NCBI GenBank assembly: GCA_002500485.1
Contig: DLRJ01000033.1
Location: 7,035-71,034, forward strand
DNA from: Dehalococcoidia bacterium UBA7891
Lineage (GTDB): Bacteria > Chloroflexota > Dehalococcoidia > Lucifugimonadales > UBA826
DNA: 64,000 nt
Direction: 5' to 3'
Part shown: positions 9,427 to 18,923 of the stretch, one piece after another
How positions within the stretch are numbered: the stretch's first letter is position 1
Layout: each line of letters starts with the position of its first letter
Notes under the pieces: generated by a model
Told to the model about the DNA's origin: nothing
Database searches by the model: none
Seen by the model: the letters and a program-made list of their open reading frames with translations, nothing else
Program-made: the position numbers and the translations under genes

Positions 9427-11817
9427 TCAAGTAATACTAAGTTCTTTAAGCCGTTCATCAAGTTGAATCCTCAATGCTTGGTGTTCTTCTGAAGACAATT
9501 CGTAATCTAAATTCAAGACTTTGGAAGCCTCTATTCCTGCCAGTGATACAAGGTCCGCATCAGATGGATCTGCGACTCTAAAAAACGGAGTCCCACTCTG
9601 CCTCCTACCTTCTATTAAATCTCCAGCACCTCGCATCCTCAAGTCTTCATCTGCCAACCTGAACCCATCATTTATTCTATGTAATATCTCCATGCGTTCT
9701 TTCGAATCAGCACTCGGGTTATCAGACATTAGAATGCAATAACTCTGATGTTCACCTCTACCGACTCGTCCTCGGAATTGATGTAATTGAGATAACCCAA
9801 ACCTCTCGGCACCATCAATCAACATTACACTGGCATTAGGAATATCTACCCCCACTTCGATTACGGATGTGGCCACCAAAATATGTAATTTACCAGACCG
9901 AAATTCGTTCATTACTGATTCTTTTTCTGGCAATTTCATTCTTCCATGTAGCAATCCCACTTTCATTTCAGGAAAAATGTCCTTTGACAATTTTTCAAAC
10001 TCTTCAATGGCTGCCCTTGACTGTAGAGATTCTGATTCTTCAATCAGGGGGCAAACAACGAATGCTTGTCTACCCTTCAAAATTTCCTTTCGTATAAAAC
10101 GATGTACTTCTTCACGCTTATTCTGTTCATAAACATATGTTTGAACAGGTTTCCTTCCGACTGGCATCTGGTCTATCACAGACAAATCTAAATCGCCGAT
10201 CATCGTAAAATATAAGGATCTCGGTATGGGTGTCGCCGACATCAGTAGCATGTGAGGGCGAGGTTCTAAATGATCAAATACATTCTTTTGATTTATTCCA
10301 AACCTATGCTGCTCATCTACAACAAGTAACGCCAAATTAGGTATGTCAATTGAATCCTGTATAAGCGCATGCGTTCCAACGATAATATCGGCCTGCCCGG
10401 AGCGAATAATTTCTTGGGTAAGGGCTTTCTCTCGGTTTCCCAAACTCCCATTTAGCAAGGCAATTGTTAATTTGTTGTCCGAACCTTCTATATTTGTTTC
10501 AATGATGTTCGGTAACCCTTCCATCAAAGGAGTAGAACTGGAATCAGAGAAAAAATTCCGTAAAGTCATAAAATGCTGTTCGGACAAAACTTCAGTTGGT
10601 ACCATCATCGCAGACTGATAGCCATCGGCTGCGGCCTGTATCATCCCGGTCAAGGCAACTAATGTTTTTCCACTTCCTACGTCTCCCTGGAGAACACGGC
10701 GCATAGGAATACCGCTAGATAAATCTTCACAAATCTCATCCATGCACCTAGATTGAGCCAAGGTAAGTTTGAATGGTAGCGTGGAAATGAATAGGCTGAG
10801 TATGTCACGGTTTTGATTCAGTGATATTCCAGAAACTTGGTTCTTCCAATCAAGTTTCTTCTTTCGCATGGCCAGTTGTACTAAAAACAATTCGTCGAAA
10901 GCTATTCTTCTACGGGCTCTACTGAAATCTTGAATGTTTCTAGGATAATGATATCTAGCAACCGCTTTTTTTATAGGATAAAGACCTGTTCGGCTGAGCA
11001 AAGTTTCTGGAAGATATTCATCTAATTGATCCAAGGCAGACGTAAGAGCCGCATGTATCTCTCTTCTCAAAGTCTTTACAATAATTCCTTGAGTCAATTT
11101 ATACACCGGCACTAATCGGCCGGTATGTAACTTGGTAACCCGTGGGTTGATTCGGTCATAAACTGGATTCTTGTATGTCGGTTTCCCTTTTTCGTATTCC
11201 ACTTTCCCACTCAACATCACTTTATCTCCAGGCTTGAGGTCCTTAAGGATCCATTGCTGTCCGAAAAAGGTCACTTTCATTGAACCTGTCGTATCCGAAA
11301 ATTCAATTTCCACCCGATCATGTTTTCCGTTACGACTTTTCTTAAGTTGCAAGGATTTCACGGATAATTCGGATGACTGGGTTTCCCCGCTGATCAAATC
11401 AGAGATTTTCCGTATGTTACTAAAATCCTCGTGTCGTTCAGGGAAATGCAAAATCAAATCTTTTACTGTGTTCAAACCTAAAGACTCTGATATCTTTTTT
11501 ACAGGCCAGCCCCTCCCGCTCTTCTTAAATGATTCGATAGAGTCGGCCAAGAAAATATCTTTTCGTGGAGTTGAGAAATTAGGTTTCACATCAGGAGTTA
11601 ATGCTCGAATCAATTCCCCCACTACATAAGCTCGTTGCTGGTTATTCATAATTGAATAGCCTTTCAAAGGCTCCAAAAATCGCTCTGGGAGCATTCCGAC
11701 ATTTGAAGACAAAAAGGCCTCTATCCCTCCAATCACAGTGGAGTTATTAAATTCCGAAGCTACTTCCTGCTTCAGAATCTTTCTCAAGGTTTCCACCATC
11801 AAATTACGATTGACCAT
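9427..11817 (-). CDS. recG: ATP-dependent DNA helicase RecG
   Basis: 796 aa. Wedge/OB domain followed by an SF2 helicase (GDVGSGKT, DEQHRFG, QLHQFRGRVGRG). Confidence 0.95.
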   Translation of the reverse strand: MVNRNLMVETLRKILKQEVASEFNNSTVIGGIEAFLSSNVGMLPERFLEPLKGYSIMNNQQRAYVVGELIRALTPDVKPNFSTPRKDIFLADSIESFKKSGRGWPVKKISESLGLNTVKDLILHFPERHEDFSNIRKISDLISGETQSSELSVKSLQLKKSRNGKHDRVEIEFSDTTGSMKVTFFGQQWILKDLKPGDKVMLSGKVEYEKGKPTYKNPVYDRINPRVTKLHTGRLVPVYKLTQGIIVKTLRREIHAALTSALDQLDEYLPETLLSRTGLYPIKKAVARYHYPRNIQDFSRARRRIAFDELFLVQLAMRKKKLDWKNQVSGISLNQNRDILSLFISTLPFKLTLAQSRCMDEICEDLSSGIPMRRVLQGDVGSGKTLVALTGMIQAAADGYQSAMMVPTEVLSEQHFMTLRNFFSDSSSTPLMEGLPNIIETNIEGSDNKLTIALLNGSLGNREKALTQEIIRSGQADIIVGTHALIQDSIDIPNLALLVVDEQHRFGINQKNVFDHLEPRPHMLLMSATPIPRSLYFTMIGDLDLSVIDQMPVGRKPVQTYVYEQNKREEVHRFIRKEILKGRQAFVVCPLIEESESLQSRAAIEEFEKLSKDIFPEMKVGLLHGRMKLPEKESVMNEFRSGKLHILVATSVIEVGVDIPNASVMLIDGAERFGLSQLHQFRGRVGRGEHQSYCILMSDNPSADSKERMEILHRINDGFRLADEDLRMRGAGDLIEGRRQSGTPFFRVADPSDADLVSLAGIEASKVLNLDYELSSEEHQALRIQLDERLKELSIT

Positions 11818-11838
11818 TGCCGATATGCCAACTGATAA

Positions 11839-13503
11839 TTAATTACTTAAAACAGAGATCAGGTAGTCATAATGAGGTTGCCCACCTACGTGCAGTTCAA
11901 TAATATCTTCTTCCAAATTTTCCACGTTGTGATCCAAGATCTTATTGATCCGATCAATATCATTGCTATTCATCCCGTTGCCCACAAGAACTGTGACATG
12001 TTCTACATGTTGCCCTAATTCCTCTTGAATTACCTCCAGGAATAACTCATCCAAGGTATCTCCAGACTTACGAATCTCTCCTTCAGTCATCACTATTGGT
12101 TGCAATCGACCCACCTCCATACCGTTTATTTTCACAGACCTGGAGGATTTAAATATCGCAATTGTCTTAATATGGGGTATCAGTCGGCCCATTATTTCTT
12201 TGTTTTGTAAAGCGGATATTTCTGGATTAAAATTAAAAATACATTCTAGCCCTTGAACTTGAGTTTCCGTCGGCAACACCTCGATGGTTGCGGTGAGCAA
12301 TTCAGCAGCCTGATTAGCAGCCGGGATGACATTTTTGTCGTTAGTTAAAAGTAAAATAGAATCTGCCCTAACTTGATTGACTGCTGTAACTATATCTTCC
12401 ACGCTGGGATTCATATCCAATCCCCCGTCAATCGCCAGATCAACACCTAGTTCATTATTCATCCTTAGAATCCCGTCCCCATTAACAATGGACATAAGCG
12501 CCGTTTGACCAGGTAAATCAATTTTTACGGAAGGTTTTTCCTTCTTGGAAGAATTTAAAATGTCCTGGGACTGTGTTTCCATATTTTCTATCGATACTGA
12601 CCCTATACTTCCTATCGCAATAGCTTTGGTAAGTACTTTACCCGGGTCAACGGTGTGTATATGAATTCTGAATATATCCCTATCCCCTACTATCACAGTA
12701 GATGTTCCTAAACCTTGGAAAAGGTTTTCTATACCCTCCATATCGGTTTTGGTATCGAGAAGAAATTGAGTACAATAGCCAAAATCATCTTCAGATCCAA
12801 AATGATCAGAAATAAGATTCTCAACCCCCAAACCATCTCCCTTCGGAAGTCTCAATAAGACAGGAAAATTATTAGGGTCGTTACCTTCAAGGAAAATCGA
12901 CATACCTTTCAACATGACTTCAAGCCCATATCCCCCCGAATCCACCACTCCACTTTCCTTTAGTATCTGCAACAATTCAGGGGTTCTATCTACTGATTTT
13001 TCCGCCTCTTCAACGAGGGAGCGGAAGAAATTTTTAATGGAGATATTTTTTCTTTTAAGAAATTCCGCCTTCTTTGCAACATCTGACAATACTGTGAGCA
13101 TAGTCCCTTCCGCCGGCTCTGCTACAGATTTAAATGCCTTGAGTCTGGCATTTTCAATAGCGCCTGCGATGAGTTCAAAGTCAACATCGGACGTGTGGCG
13201 GGACAAATGATCAGACAATCCTCGAAATATTTGAGACAGGATTATCCCACTATTACCTCTTCCTTCGTAAAGAGCCGCCTGTGAGAGCTGGTCTGTAAGT
13301 TCATAAAGATTGTTGTATGAAACTGAGGACATCCGAGATTGCATGCCATGCAGGGTACCGTACATGTTGGTGCCAGTATCCCCGTCAGGAACCGGAAAGA
13401 CATTTAGAGAATTTATGGCTTCAACATGTCGCTTAAAAAAAACAACAGAGGAGCTAAACATTCCAAAAAAAGTATCTGCTATTGTTACATTGAAATCCGT
13501 CAT
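11839..13503 (-). CDS. DAK2/DhaL-domain fusion protein (YloV family)
   Basis: 554 aa. N-terminal DhaL-like motif NVFPVPDGDTGTNM. Conserved position upstream of recG and divergent from rpmB. Confidence 0.85.
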   Translation of the reverse strand: MTDFNVTIADTFFGMFSSSVVFFKRHVEAINSLNVFPVPDGDTGTNMYGTLHGMQSRMSSVSYNNLYELTDQLSQAALYEGRGNSGIILSQIFRGLSDHLSRHTSDVDFELIAGAIENARLKAFKSVAEPAEGTMLTVLSDVAKKAEFLKRKNISIKNFFRSLVEEAEKSVDRTPELLQILKESGVVDSGGYGLEVMLKGMSIFLEGNDPNNFPVLLRLPKGDGLGVENLISDHFGSEDDFGYCTQFLLDTKTDMEGIENLFQGLGTSTVIVGDRDIFRIHIHTVDPGKVLTKAIAIGSIGSVSIENMETQSQDILNSSKKEKPSVKIDLPGQTALMSIVNGDGILRMNNELGVDLAIDGGLDMNPSVEDIVTAVNQVRADSILLLTNDKNVIPAANQAAELLTATIEVLPTETQVQGLECIFNFNPEISALQNKEIMGRLIPHIKTIAIFKSSRSVKINGMEVGRLQPIVMTEGEIRKSGDTLDELFLEVIQEELGQHVEHVTVLVGNGMNSNDIDRINKILDHNVENLEEDIIELHVGGQPHYDYLISVLSN

Positions 13504-13655
13504 AGATACACCACAACAAAAATATGCTGGAAGTATAATAAAGGATATGGTATTTTTTAACCTAGATTTCTTCCAATGCTAAGGTGATTTAGTGACTTGG
13601 AAATTGATTCAGCGACCCATAAAAGATACGTAATAAAATTACCGAAAGGCGAAAA

Positions 13656-13853
13656 ATGGCTACATGTGAAGCTCCCAATTGTAAAATTCAGGTACGTACC
13701 GGCAATAATGTTAGCCATTCTAAAAGGCGAACGCGAAGGACATGGAGTCCGAACATTCACAAAGCCACTATTGAAATTGATGGCCAGATGAAAAAAGTCA
13801 GTTTATGCACTCGCTGCTTGAGGACCCAATACAAAACGGCGATGAAAGACTGA
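13656..13853 (+). CDS. rpmB: 50S ribosomal protein L28
   Basis: 65 aa. Contains GNNVSHSKRRTRRTWSPNI, the L28 signature. Confidence 0.92.
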   Translation: MATCEAPNCKIQVRTGNNVSHSKRRTRRTWSPNIHKATIEIDGQMKKVSLCTRCLRTQYKTAMKD

Positions 13854-13881
13854 GAACTAAGTAATAAAGCTCTGTAGTTCT
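13853..13881 (+). terminator. weak candidate hairpin after rpmB
   Basis: AGAACTA ... TAGTTCT forms a 7-bp stem with a 15-nt loop, followed by ATTTAT. Confidence 0.3.
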
Positions 13882-13955
13882 ATTTATACGTCAATCCTTG
13901 CGTTGACACTGCTTGCCTTGCCTTACTATTATTAATTCTGTTCATTTCTAGTATT

Positions 13956-13974
13956 AGCTGCTTGTGAAGCAGCT
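13956..13974. promoter_or_regulatory. perfect palindrome AGCTGCTT-GTG-AAGCAGCT upstream of the DHDPS-family gene (possible operator or small hairpin)
   Basis: 8+8 nt inverted repeat with a 3-nt spacer, about 35 nt upstream of ATG 14009. Confidence 0.35.
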
Positions 13975-14008
13975 ATATGAATAAGTTCACATATTGAGGT
14001 TCATTTGC

Positions 14009-14980
14009 ATGGCTGAATACAGCAAACCCGAAGCGGTTGATTGGGCGAAAGAAAATCTTCGCGGGCAATGGTCCACCCTAATGACCCCTTTTACGTCAGA
14101 AGATGAGATAGATGAAGAGGGACTTCGCAGAGATATACGACATGTAAAATCTTTAGGTACCAAAGGTGCTGGTTGCACCTGGGGCATGGGGGAATTCTGG
14201 ACTCTAACTAAAGAGGAAAGATTCCGAGTCTATGACATTGTTAGCGATGAAGCTGGAAATAACTGGCCAATTGGAGCTCATGTGTCCCACACATCTTTAA
14301 AAGAAATGCTAGATCTGGCCAGCTATGCCGAACATGCTGGGTTTGATTTACTAATTGTGGCTGCTCCTTATTTTGCTACACGAACTGAAGATCAAGTGAT
14401 AGATTGGGTAGGAAGCTTAGCCGACAACACAAATTTGGCGATTATGTATTACAACTCTCCACAATTTGGAACTGTTCTAGATGCAAACGGGTTAGAGCGC
14501 ATTTGCAATATTTCCAATGTAGTTGGAGTCAAAGAGGCCAGTTTCAATCCAGAACTTTCAATTGACACTCACTTAAAAATAGGTAAGCAAGCCATCATAA
14601 GTACCCCCGATGAATGGATATTCCAAAAAGGAAAAGAACTAGGTTTTGAACAACAAGTTATGTTTGCCAACACCTCTGACTGGAGATTTGATACACCTGA
14701 CTCCAACTACTATGTACAGTTTATTGACAAAGTGATGGAAGGGGACCTTGATAAGGATTTCTATAACACTAACATAAAGCCAATTAAAGAGGTTTCAGAT
14801 AAATGGTGGAAATACACTGTGCAGAAGATGGGGGGAGCATTACCTGCCTCCTTATGCAAATACTGGGGTGAACTCATGGGCATGTCAGGCGGACATGTCA
14901 GGGCACCACTGACCGATCTTACAGATGATGAAAAGAAACGATTAAAAAATGATATAGCCGCTGCCACAGGCAGGCTGTAA
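14009..14980 (+). CDS. dihydrodipicolinate synthase/N-acetylneuraminate lyase family class I aldolase (not the housekeeping DapA)
   Basis: Contains VVGVKEAS (Schiff-base Lys context) and an N-terminal MTPFTSEDEIDEEGL. The track start is TTG 13994. ATG 14009 has GAGG 9 nt upstream. Confidence 0.8.
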   Translation: MAEYSKPEAVDWAKENLRGQWSTLMTPFTSEDEIDEEGLRRDIRHVKSLGTKGAGCTWGMGEFWTLTKEERFRVYDIVSDEAGNNWPIGAHVSHTSLKEMLDLASYAEHAGFDLLIVAAPYFATRTEDQVIDWVGSLADNTNLAIMYYNSPQFGTVLDANGLERICNISNVVGVKEASFNPELSIDTHLKIGKQAIISTPDEWIFQKGKELGFEQQVMFANTSDWRFDTPDSNYYVQFIDKVMEGDLDKDFYNTNIKPIKEVSDKWWKYTVQKMGGALPASLCKYWGELMGMSGGHVRAPLTDLTDDEKKRLKNDIAAATGRL

Positions 14981-15021
14981 ATAGAAACACAGAACAGAAT
15001 TAGTCACGAGGAATACACAAA

Positions 15022-16005
15022 ATGATTCTTATGGTAAGTGTCCAAGATTTATATGAAGCAAAGCAAGCTCTAAAAGGCGGAGCTGATATAGTCGATGTCA
15101 AGAACCTTCAAGAAGCCCTAGTAGGTTCGGCTCATCCTAACGTAGTGAAAGAAATCAGAGATGAAGTTCCAAGTGCACACCACGCAAGTGTCACCTTAGG
15201 AGTTGTGCCTAACCAAATAGGCACCGTCTCTATGGCTGTTTATGCCGCCGGAATCCTGGACGCAACTTCGGTCAAAGTAGGCTTCATGGTGAGTGAATAC
15301 GATGTGGCACTAGAAACGTTATTAGCAGCAAAAGAAGCTCTAATAGGAACTCAAACTAAACTAATTGGCTCACTTTTTGCAGACAATCTACTCTATGACG
15401 GTGGCATTGACCCAGACCTCATGGTGCAATTGGCGAAAGAAGGTCAATGTGACGGTTTTTTAATAGATACACTTGTAAAAGACGGTAGAAATTTATTCGA
15501 CTTTGTACCTGAAGATCGTCTGAAAGAAATGGTTTTGGAGGGAAAAGAATTGGGCATGAGCACAGCCCTGTCAGGCCATTTGAAGATGAGTGACCTTGAC
15601 GAGCTATCAAGAGTCAATCCTGATATTGTTGGAGTCAGAGGAGCCGTTTGCCAAAAAGGAGATCGTGACTCTCGGGTTCACTGGGAATCTGTATCGGAGT
15701 TCAAAAAACAACTAGATCTCAGGCAAACCGGCGAAATAGATGTATATCCTGAAAATAGAACCTCATCCGTAAACCAAGAATCAAACGGATGGATAATAAT
15801 AGATGGCACAGGAAAGACCTGTGCCGGGATAATAGCAACTCTTAGTGAGCAAATAAATGCCGATACCGCGTCGTTTGTTGAAGTGATAATACCTGACGTT
15901 TTAAACACATATGACTTAATAGTCTGGGCAGAAAAAAACAGCCATGACATTGTTACTCAGAGAAAAGATGCAGAAGGTTCTGTGAGAATGCTTATTAAGC
16001 CATAA
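15022..16005 (+). CDS. MfnB-like (5-formylfuran-3-yl)methyl phosphate synthase family domain fused to a C-terminal TusA/SirA-like domain
   Basis: The N-terminal ~235 aa align by eye with MfnB (MILMVSV..GGADIVDVKN.., SVKVGF, DIVGVRGAVCQKGDR). The C-terminal ~70 aa (IIDGTGKTCAGIIATL...VEVIIPDVLNTYDLIVWAEKNSHDIV...VRMLIKP) follow the TusA fold pattern with its Cys retained. Confidence 0.7.
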   Translation: MILMVSVQDLYEAKQALKGGADIVDVKNLQEALVGSAHPNVVKEIRDEVPSAHHASVTLGVVPNQIGTVSMAVYAAGILDATSVKVGFMVSEYDVALETLLAAKEALIGTQTKLIGSLFADNLLYDGGIDPDLMVQLAKEGQCDGFLIDTLVKDGRNLFDFVPEDRLKEMVLEGKELGMSTALSGHLKMSDLDELSRVNPDIVGVRGAVCQKGDRDSRVHWESVSEFKKQLDLRQTGEIDVYPENRTSSVNQESNGWIIIDGTGKTCAGIIATLSEQINADTASFVEVIIPDVLNTYDLIVWAEKNSHDIVTQRKDAEGSVRMLIKP

Positions 16006-16032
16006 GGCAGCAGCAAATCAAAAATTAGGATG

Positions 16033-16064
16033 CACTCGATGATTCATTTCGTCGAGTGTTTTTC
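16033..16064 (+). terminator. rho-independent terminator
   Basis: CACTCGATGA-TTCATT-TCGTCGAGTG forms a 10-bp stem (one G-U pair) followed by TTTTTC. Confidence 0.8.
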
Positions 16065-16090
16065 TATTATGCTAGGATTAAAGAACTGTT

Positions 16091-16363
16091 ATGGACTCAA
16101 ATATTTATGAAATAGTTGGCTTAATACGGGACATGGCATTCATAGTTTGCCTCCCATTGATTTGCATTTTCTTAATTTTGACTATTGTAAAAATCAATCG
16201 CCTGTTGGAGTCCCTTACTAGGAATTTTCAAAATGTGGAAAACATTACTGATAACATCGCAGGTAAATTCTCGGGGAGCATGGGACTTTTTGGCGGCCTT
16301 ATAAAATTGTTTACCTGGGCCGGAGGATTTTCCAGAAAAAACCATCGAAAAGGAGACGACTAA
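16091..16363 (+). CDS. small membrane protein (DUF948-like)
   Basis: 90 aa with an N-terminal TM helix and then a helical region. It overlaps the start of the next gene (TAATG). Confidence 0.5.
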   Translation: MDSNIYEIVGLIRDMAFIVCLPLICIFLILTIVKINRLLESLTRNFQNVENITDNIAGKFSGSMGLFGGLIKLFTWAGGFSRKNHRKGDD

Positions 16364-16725
16364 TGGCTAAAGACAATGGTGGTGGCTTTTCCACCGGACT
16401 TATCTTGGGGGCAATTATAGGAACCGTTGCCGGAATACTAATGGCTCCTAAACCTGGGTCTGAAACCCGGTCCGAACTTTTAGAGAAAAGTGATTATTGG
16501 CGAGAAAAAGCTGAAAGATTTTCCGACATAATAGTAGAAAGGCTAGGTCCGACACTTGAAACAGTTCGAGATAACGTACCTCCAACAATAGAAAATATGA
16601 AAGCCCGGATTGACCCCTTAATAGAGCAAGTGAATTCAAGATTTGTAGGTCCAGACACAAATGTATCTGAGGAACCTCATTCAGAGACAGGTATTAATAG
16701 TGACGATTCAGCAAAACCCTCATAA
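16363..16725 (+). CDS. YtxH-domain protein
   Basis: Contains GLILGAIIGTVAGILMAPKPGSETR, the typical YtxH N-terminus. Confidence 0.75.
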   Translation: MAKDNGGGFSTGLILGAIIGTVAGILMAPKPGSETRSELLEKSDYWREKAERFSDIIVERLGPTLETVRDNVPPTIENMKARIDPLIEQVNSRFVGPDTNVSEEPHSETGINSDDSAKPS

Positions 16726-16740
16726 AATAGGATCTAAGCG

Positions 16741-17577
16741 CTACACATCACCTTTAGGGTAGGAACCAAAAATTTTCAGCATGGACACTTTTTTTTGAAG
16801 CGAGTCCAGTGCCTGTTTAACTTCAACGGTTCTCCTGTGCCCATCGATATCTACCAGAAAAACATAACGGCCTAAACGTCTTTTATTCGGTCTCGACTCA
16901 ATCTTCACAAGATTGATGTTTCTAGCTGCGAATTCTGTCAAAGACTCGCTAAGTATACCGGGGCTATCTCCATCAAATTCAAAGCAAAGAGAGGTTTTAT
17001 CATTTGAAGTTATTTCGTGGTCATCCTGTGAAAGAATAACAAACCTGGTTTCATTGTTGGGGTTGTCCTCTACATTTTTTTGCAGAACTACCGCCCCATA
17101 CAAATTAGCAGATCTTTCGCTTGATATAGCAGCTGAGTTCGGTGTCGAATCTAACATCTCCTCAACAGCTTTAGCGTTGCTTAAGGAAGCCATCAAGGTA
17201 GCTTGCGGTATATTATTCAGAAGAAATTGCCTACATTGACCCAATGATTGCGGGTGAGAAAATACAGTAGTGATATTTTCAAGATCAATTTCCTTCTGAG
17301 CCATCAAATAATGATTTATGGGGACTATGACTTCACCACAAATCGATAAGGTTGAATCGTGAATGAGTAAATCAAGTGTGAAAGTGACTCCACCCTCAAT
17401 ACTGTTTTCTATAGGCACGACTCCCTGATAAGATTCTCCCTCTTCCACTGATTTTGCAACAGCTGGAATCGATTCGACTGGCAAAAGTTCATCAACATTG
17501 TTCCACTGCTTAGCTGCCTGCTCACTGTAAGTTCCGGGAGGACCAAGATACGCTATTTTACGAACAGTTTTATTCAC
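16741..17577 (-). CDS. pheA: prephenate dehydratase (with C-terminal ACT domain)
   Basis: 278 aa. Contains KIAYLGPPGTYSEQAA and a TRF-containing region. GTG start overlaps the upstream stop (GTGA), with GGAGGA 5 nt upstream. Confidence 0.92.
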   Translation of the reverse strand: MNKTVRKIAYLGPPGTYSEQAAKQWNNVDELLPVESIPAVAKSVEEGESYQGVVPIENSIEGGVTFTLDLLIHDSTLSICGEVIVPINHYLMAQKEIDLENITTVFSHPQSLGQCRQFLLNNIPQATLMASLSNAKAVEEMLDSTPNSAAISSERSANLYGAVVLQKNVEDNPNNETRFVILSQDDHEITSNDKTSLCFEFDGDSPGILSESLTEFAARNINLVKIESRPNKRRLGRYVFLVDIDGHRRTVEVKQALDSLQKKVSMLKIFGSYPKGDV

Positions 17578-17993
17578 AAATCCTCCACAAGCATGGGAGC
17601 GACGAGGCTTTGCATTTTTTCGGTTATAAGTTCTGTCACGTCGATTACGATATCGATCCCCAAAAGCCTAAGCAGGTTGGCATTGTCTGGAGTATCACTT
17701 ATAGCAATGGTCCTGTCTACTTCAAAATGGTGCTTGGCTATTTGGCATGCTAGCATGTTGTCTTCGTCAGAGCTTAAGGTGGATATGAAAAGGTTAGCCC
17801 TTTTTACACCCGCGATATTTTGAGTAGCAATTTTAGTACCATCACCCAAAACCACTACCGAGCCCAGCAAATTGTCCGCAAGTCTCTGTTTCTCACCAAT
17901 TTCCTCTATCAGTGTTACTTCAGCACCAGAGGCCATCAACCATTCAGCTACTTTAATACCGGTGGTCCCACATCCTAAAATTATCGCGTACAA
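17574..17993 (-). CDS. RCK N-terminal (TrkA-N) NAD-binding domain protein, no TrkA-C domain
   Basis: Contains AIILGCGTTGIKVAEWL (GxGxxG). The track ORF extends to 18080 and overlaps the upstream gene. TTG at 17993 has GAGG 6 nt upstream and lies 13 nt after the upstream stop. Confidence 0.7.
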   Translation of the reverse strand: MYAIILGCGTTGIKVAEWLMASGAEVTLIEEIGEKQRLADNLLGSVVVLGDGTKIATQNIAGVKRANLFISTLSSDEDNMLACQIAKHHFEVDRTIAISDTPDNANLLRLLGIDIVIDVTELITEKMQSLVAPMLVEDL

Positions 17994-18006
17994 GGTATAC
18001 CTCTCA

Positions 18007-18462
18007 TCAATCCAATCCCTCCTTGATAACTTCCATGAGCAACCCATCGGGATTAATAACTTTAATACCAAGGTTCTCATATATTGGTAAAAGGTTGGAA
18101 TCCCTAACTAAACATACTACTAGCGGTATCCGCATAACATGACGCGCTAATTGACCGCTCATTAAGTTGACAGATTCTCTCGTAGTCGCTGCTATCAGAA
18201 GGTCTACATCCTGTACTCCGGCCTGCCTCAATGATACTTCTTGCGTTCCATCTCCAACAGCAGTCACAACTCTGGAGGTTTCAAGTAGGTGAGACGGCAG
18301 TGAAAAAAATGACTTCGGGTCTTTATCAATTACAATTACGATATTCCCGGACGATGATAATTCTATCGCGATTTGAGTGCCTAGTGAACCACAACCGATG
18401 ACAGCAATCCTTTTTAATCTTTGCACACCAGAATTCGAGTTTTCCTCTGAAGTTTGAGTCAT
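18007..18462 (-). CDS. RCK N-terminal (TrkA-N) NAD-binding domain protein, paralog of the downstream gene
   Basis: Contains IAVIGCGSLGTQIAIELS (GxGxxG). 151 aa, with no TrkA-C domain. Confidence 0.75.
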   Translation of the reverse strand: MTQTSEENSNSGVQRLKRIAVIGCGSLGTQIAIELSSSGNIVIVIDKDPKSFFSLPSHLLETSRVVTAVGDGTQEVSLRQAGVQDVDLLIAATTRESVNLMSGQLARHVMRIPLVVCLVRDSNLLPIYENLGIKVINPDGLLMEVIKEGLD

Positions 18463-18469
18463 TTAATTC

Positions 18470-18883
18470 CTAAGCCAACTTACCTGTATTTGTGCACATA
18501 ATTACATCACATTTTGCATTGCCCGCCACGTATCCACAAATATTGTCGTACAAATTGTCAGAATTCCGTTCCTTATATTCTAGGACTATAAGCCTTGCTT
18601 GAATATTCTCTGACTGACTAATAATTGCACTGCCTGAGAATCTAGCTTGGAGTATTTCCCCTTTAGATTTGACTTTAAATTTACTCACTATCTTTTCCAT
18701 TTGGGATAGAGTTTTTTCACCCTTTTCGGTATCCTGAGGTATTTCCATATCGATCGGATAATTCCTTTCGACTTCGATTACATAAAGTAAATTTACTGGA
18801 AATTTCATTTGCTTGGCCAACCGTGAAGCAGTGGCGGTTACATACTCATCACTGGTGGAACCTGTTATTACTGCAAGGATCAT
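18470..18883 (-). CDS. universal stress protein (USP)-like protein
   Basis: 137 aa with the USP pattern (ILAVITGS..., LIVLEYK..., AKCDVIMC). The ATP-binding glycine motif is not evident. Confidence 0.5.
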   Translation of the reverse strand: MILAVITGSTSDEYVTATASRLAKQMKFPVNLLYVIEVERNYPIDMEIPQDTEKGEKTLSQMEKIVSKFKVKSKGEILQARFSGSAIISQSENIQARLIVLEYKERNSDNLYDNICGYVAGNAKCDVIMCTNTGKLA

Positions 18884-18923
18884 ATGGCCATCTCTTCAAT
18901 AACAAATTTAACTTTTTGTTAAG

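Noticed and set aside
11171-11629. 152-aa plus-strand ORF inside recG, and the many similar 60-150-aa ORFs antisense to acnA, yloV, glmS, pnp, trkH, purA and others
   Set aside because: They lie entirely within, and antisense to, genes with unambiguous conserved motifs. I saw no independent start signals or family resemblance.
17994-18080. N-terminal extension of the second RCK gene, overlapping the upstream gene by 74 nt
   Set aside because: The extension (MRTLVLKLLIPMGCSWKLSRRDWIDERYT) precedes the GxGxxG fold start and overlaps the upstream coding region. An SD-supported TTG at 17993 gives a normal RCK N-terminus.
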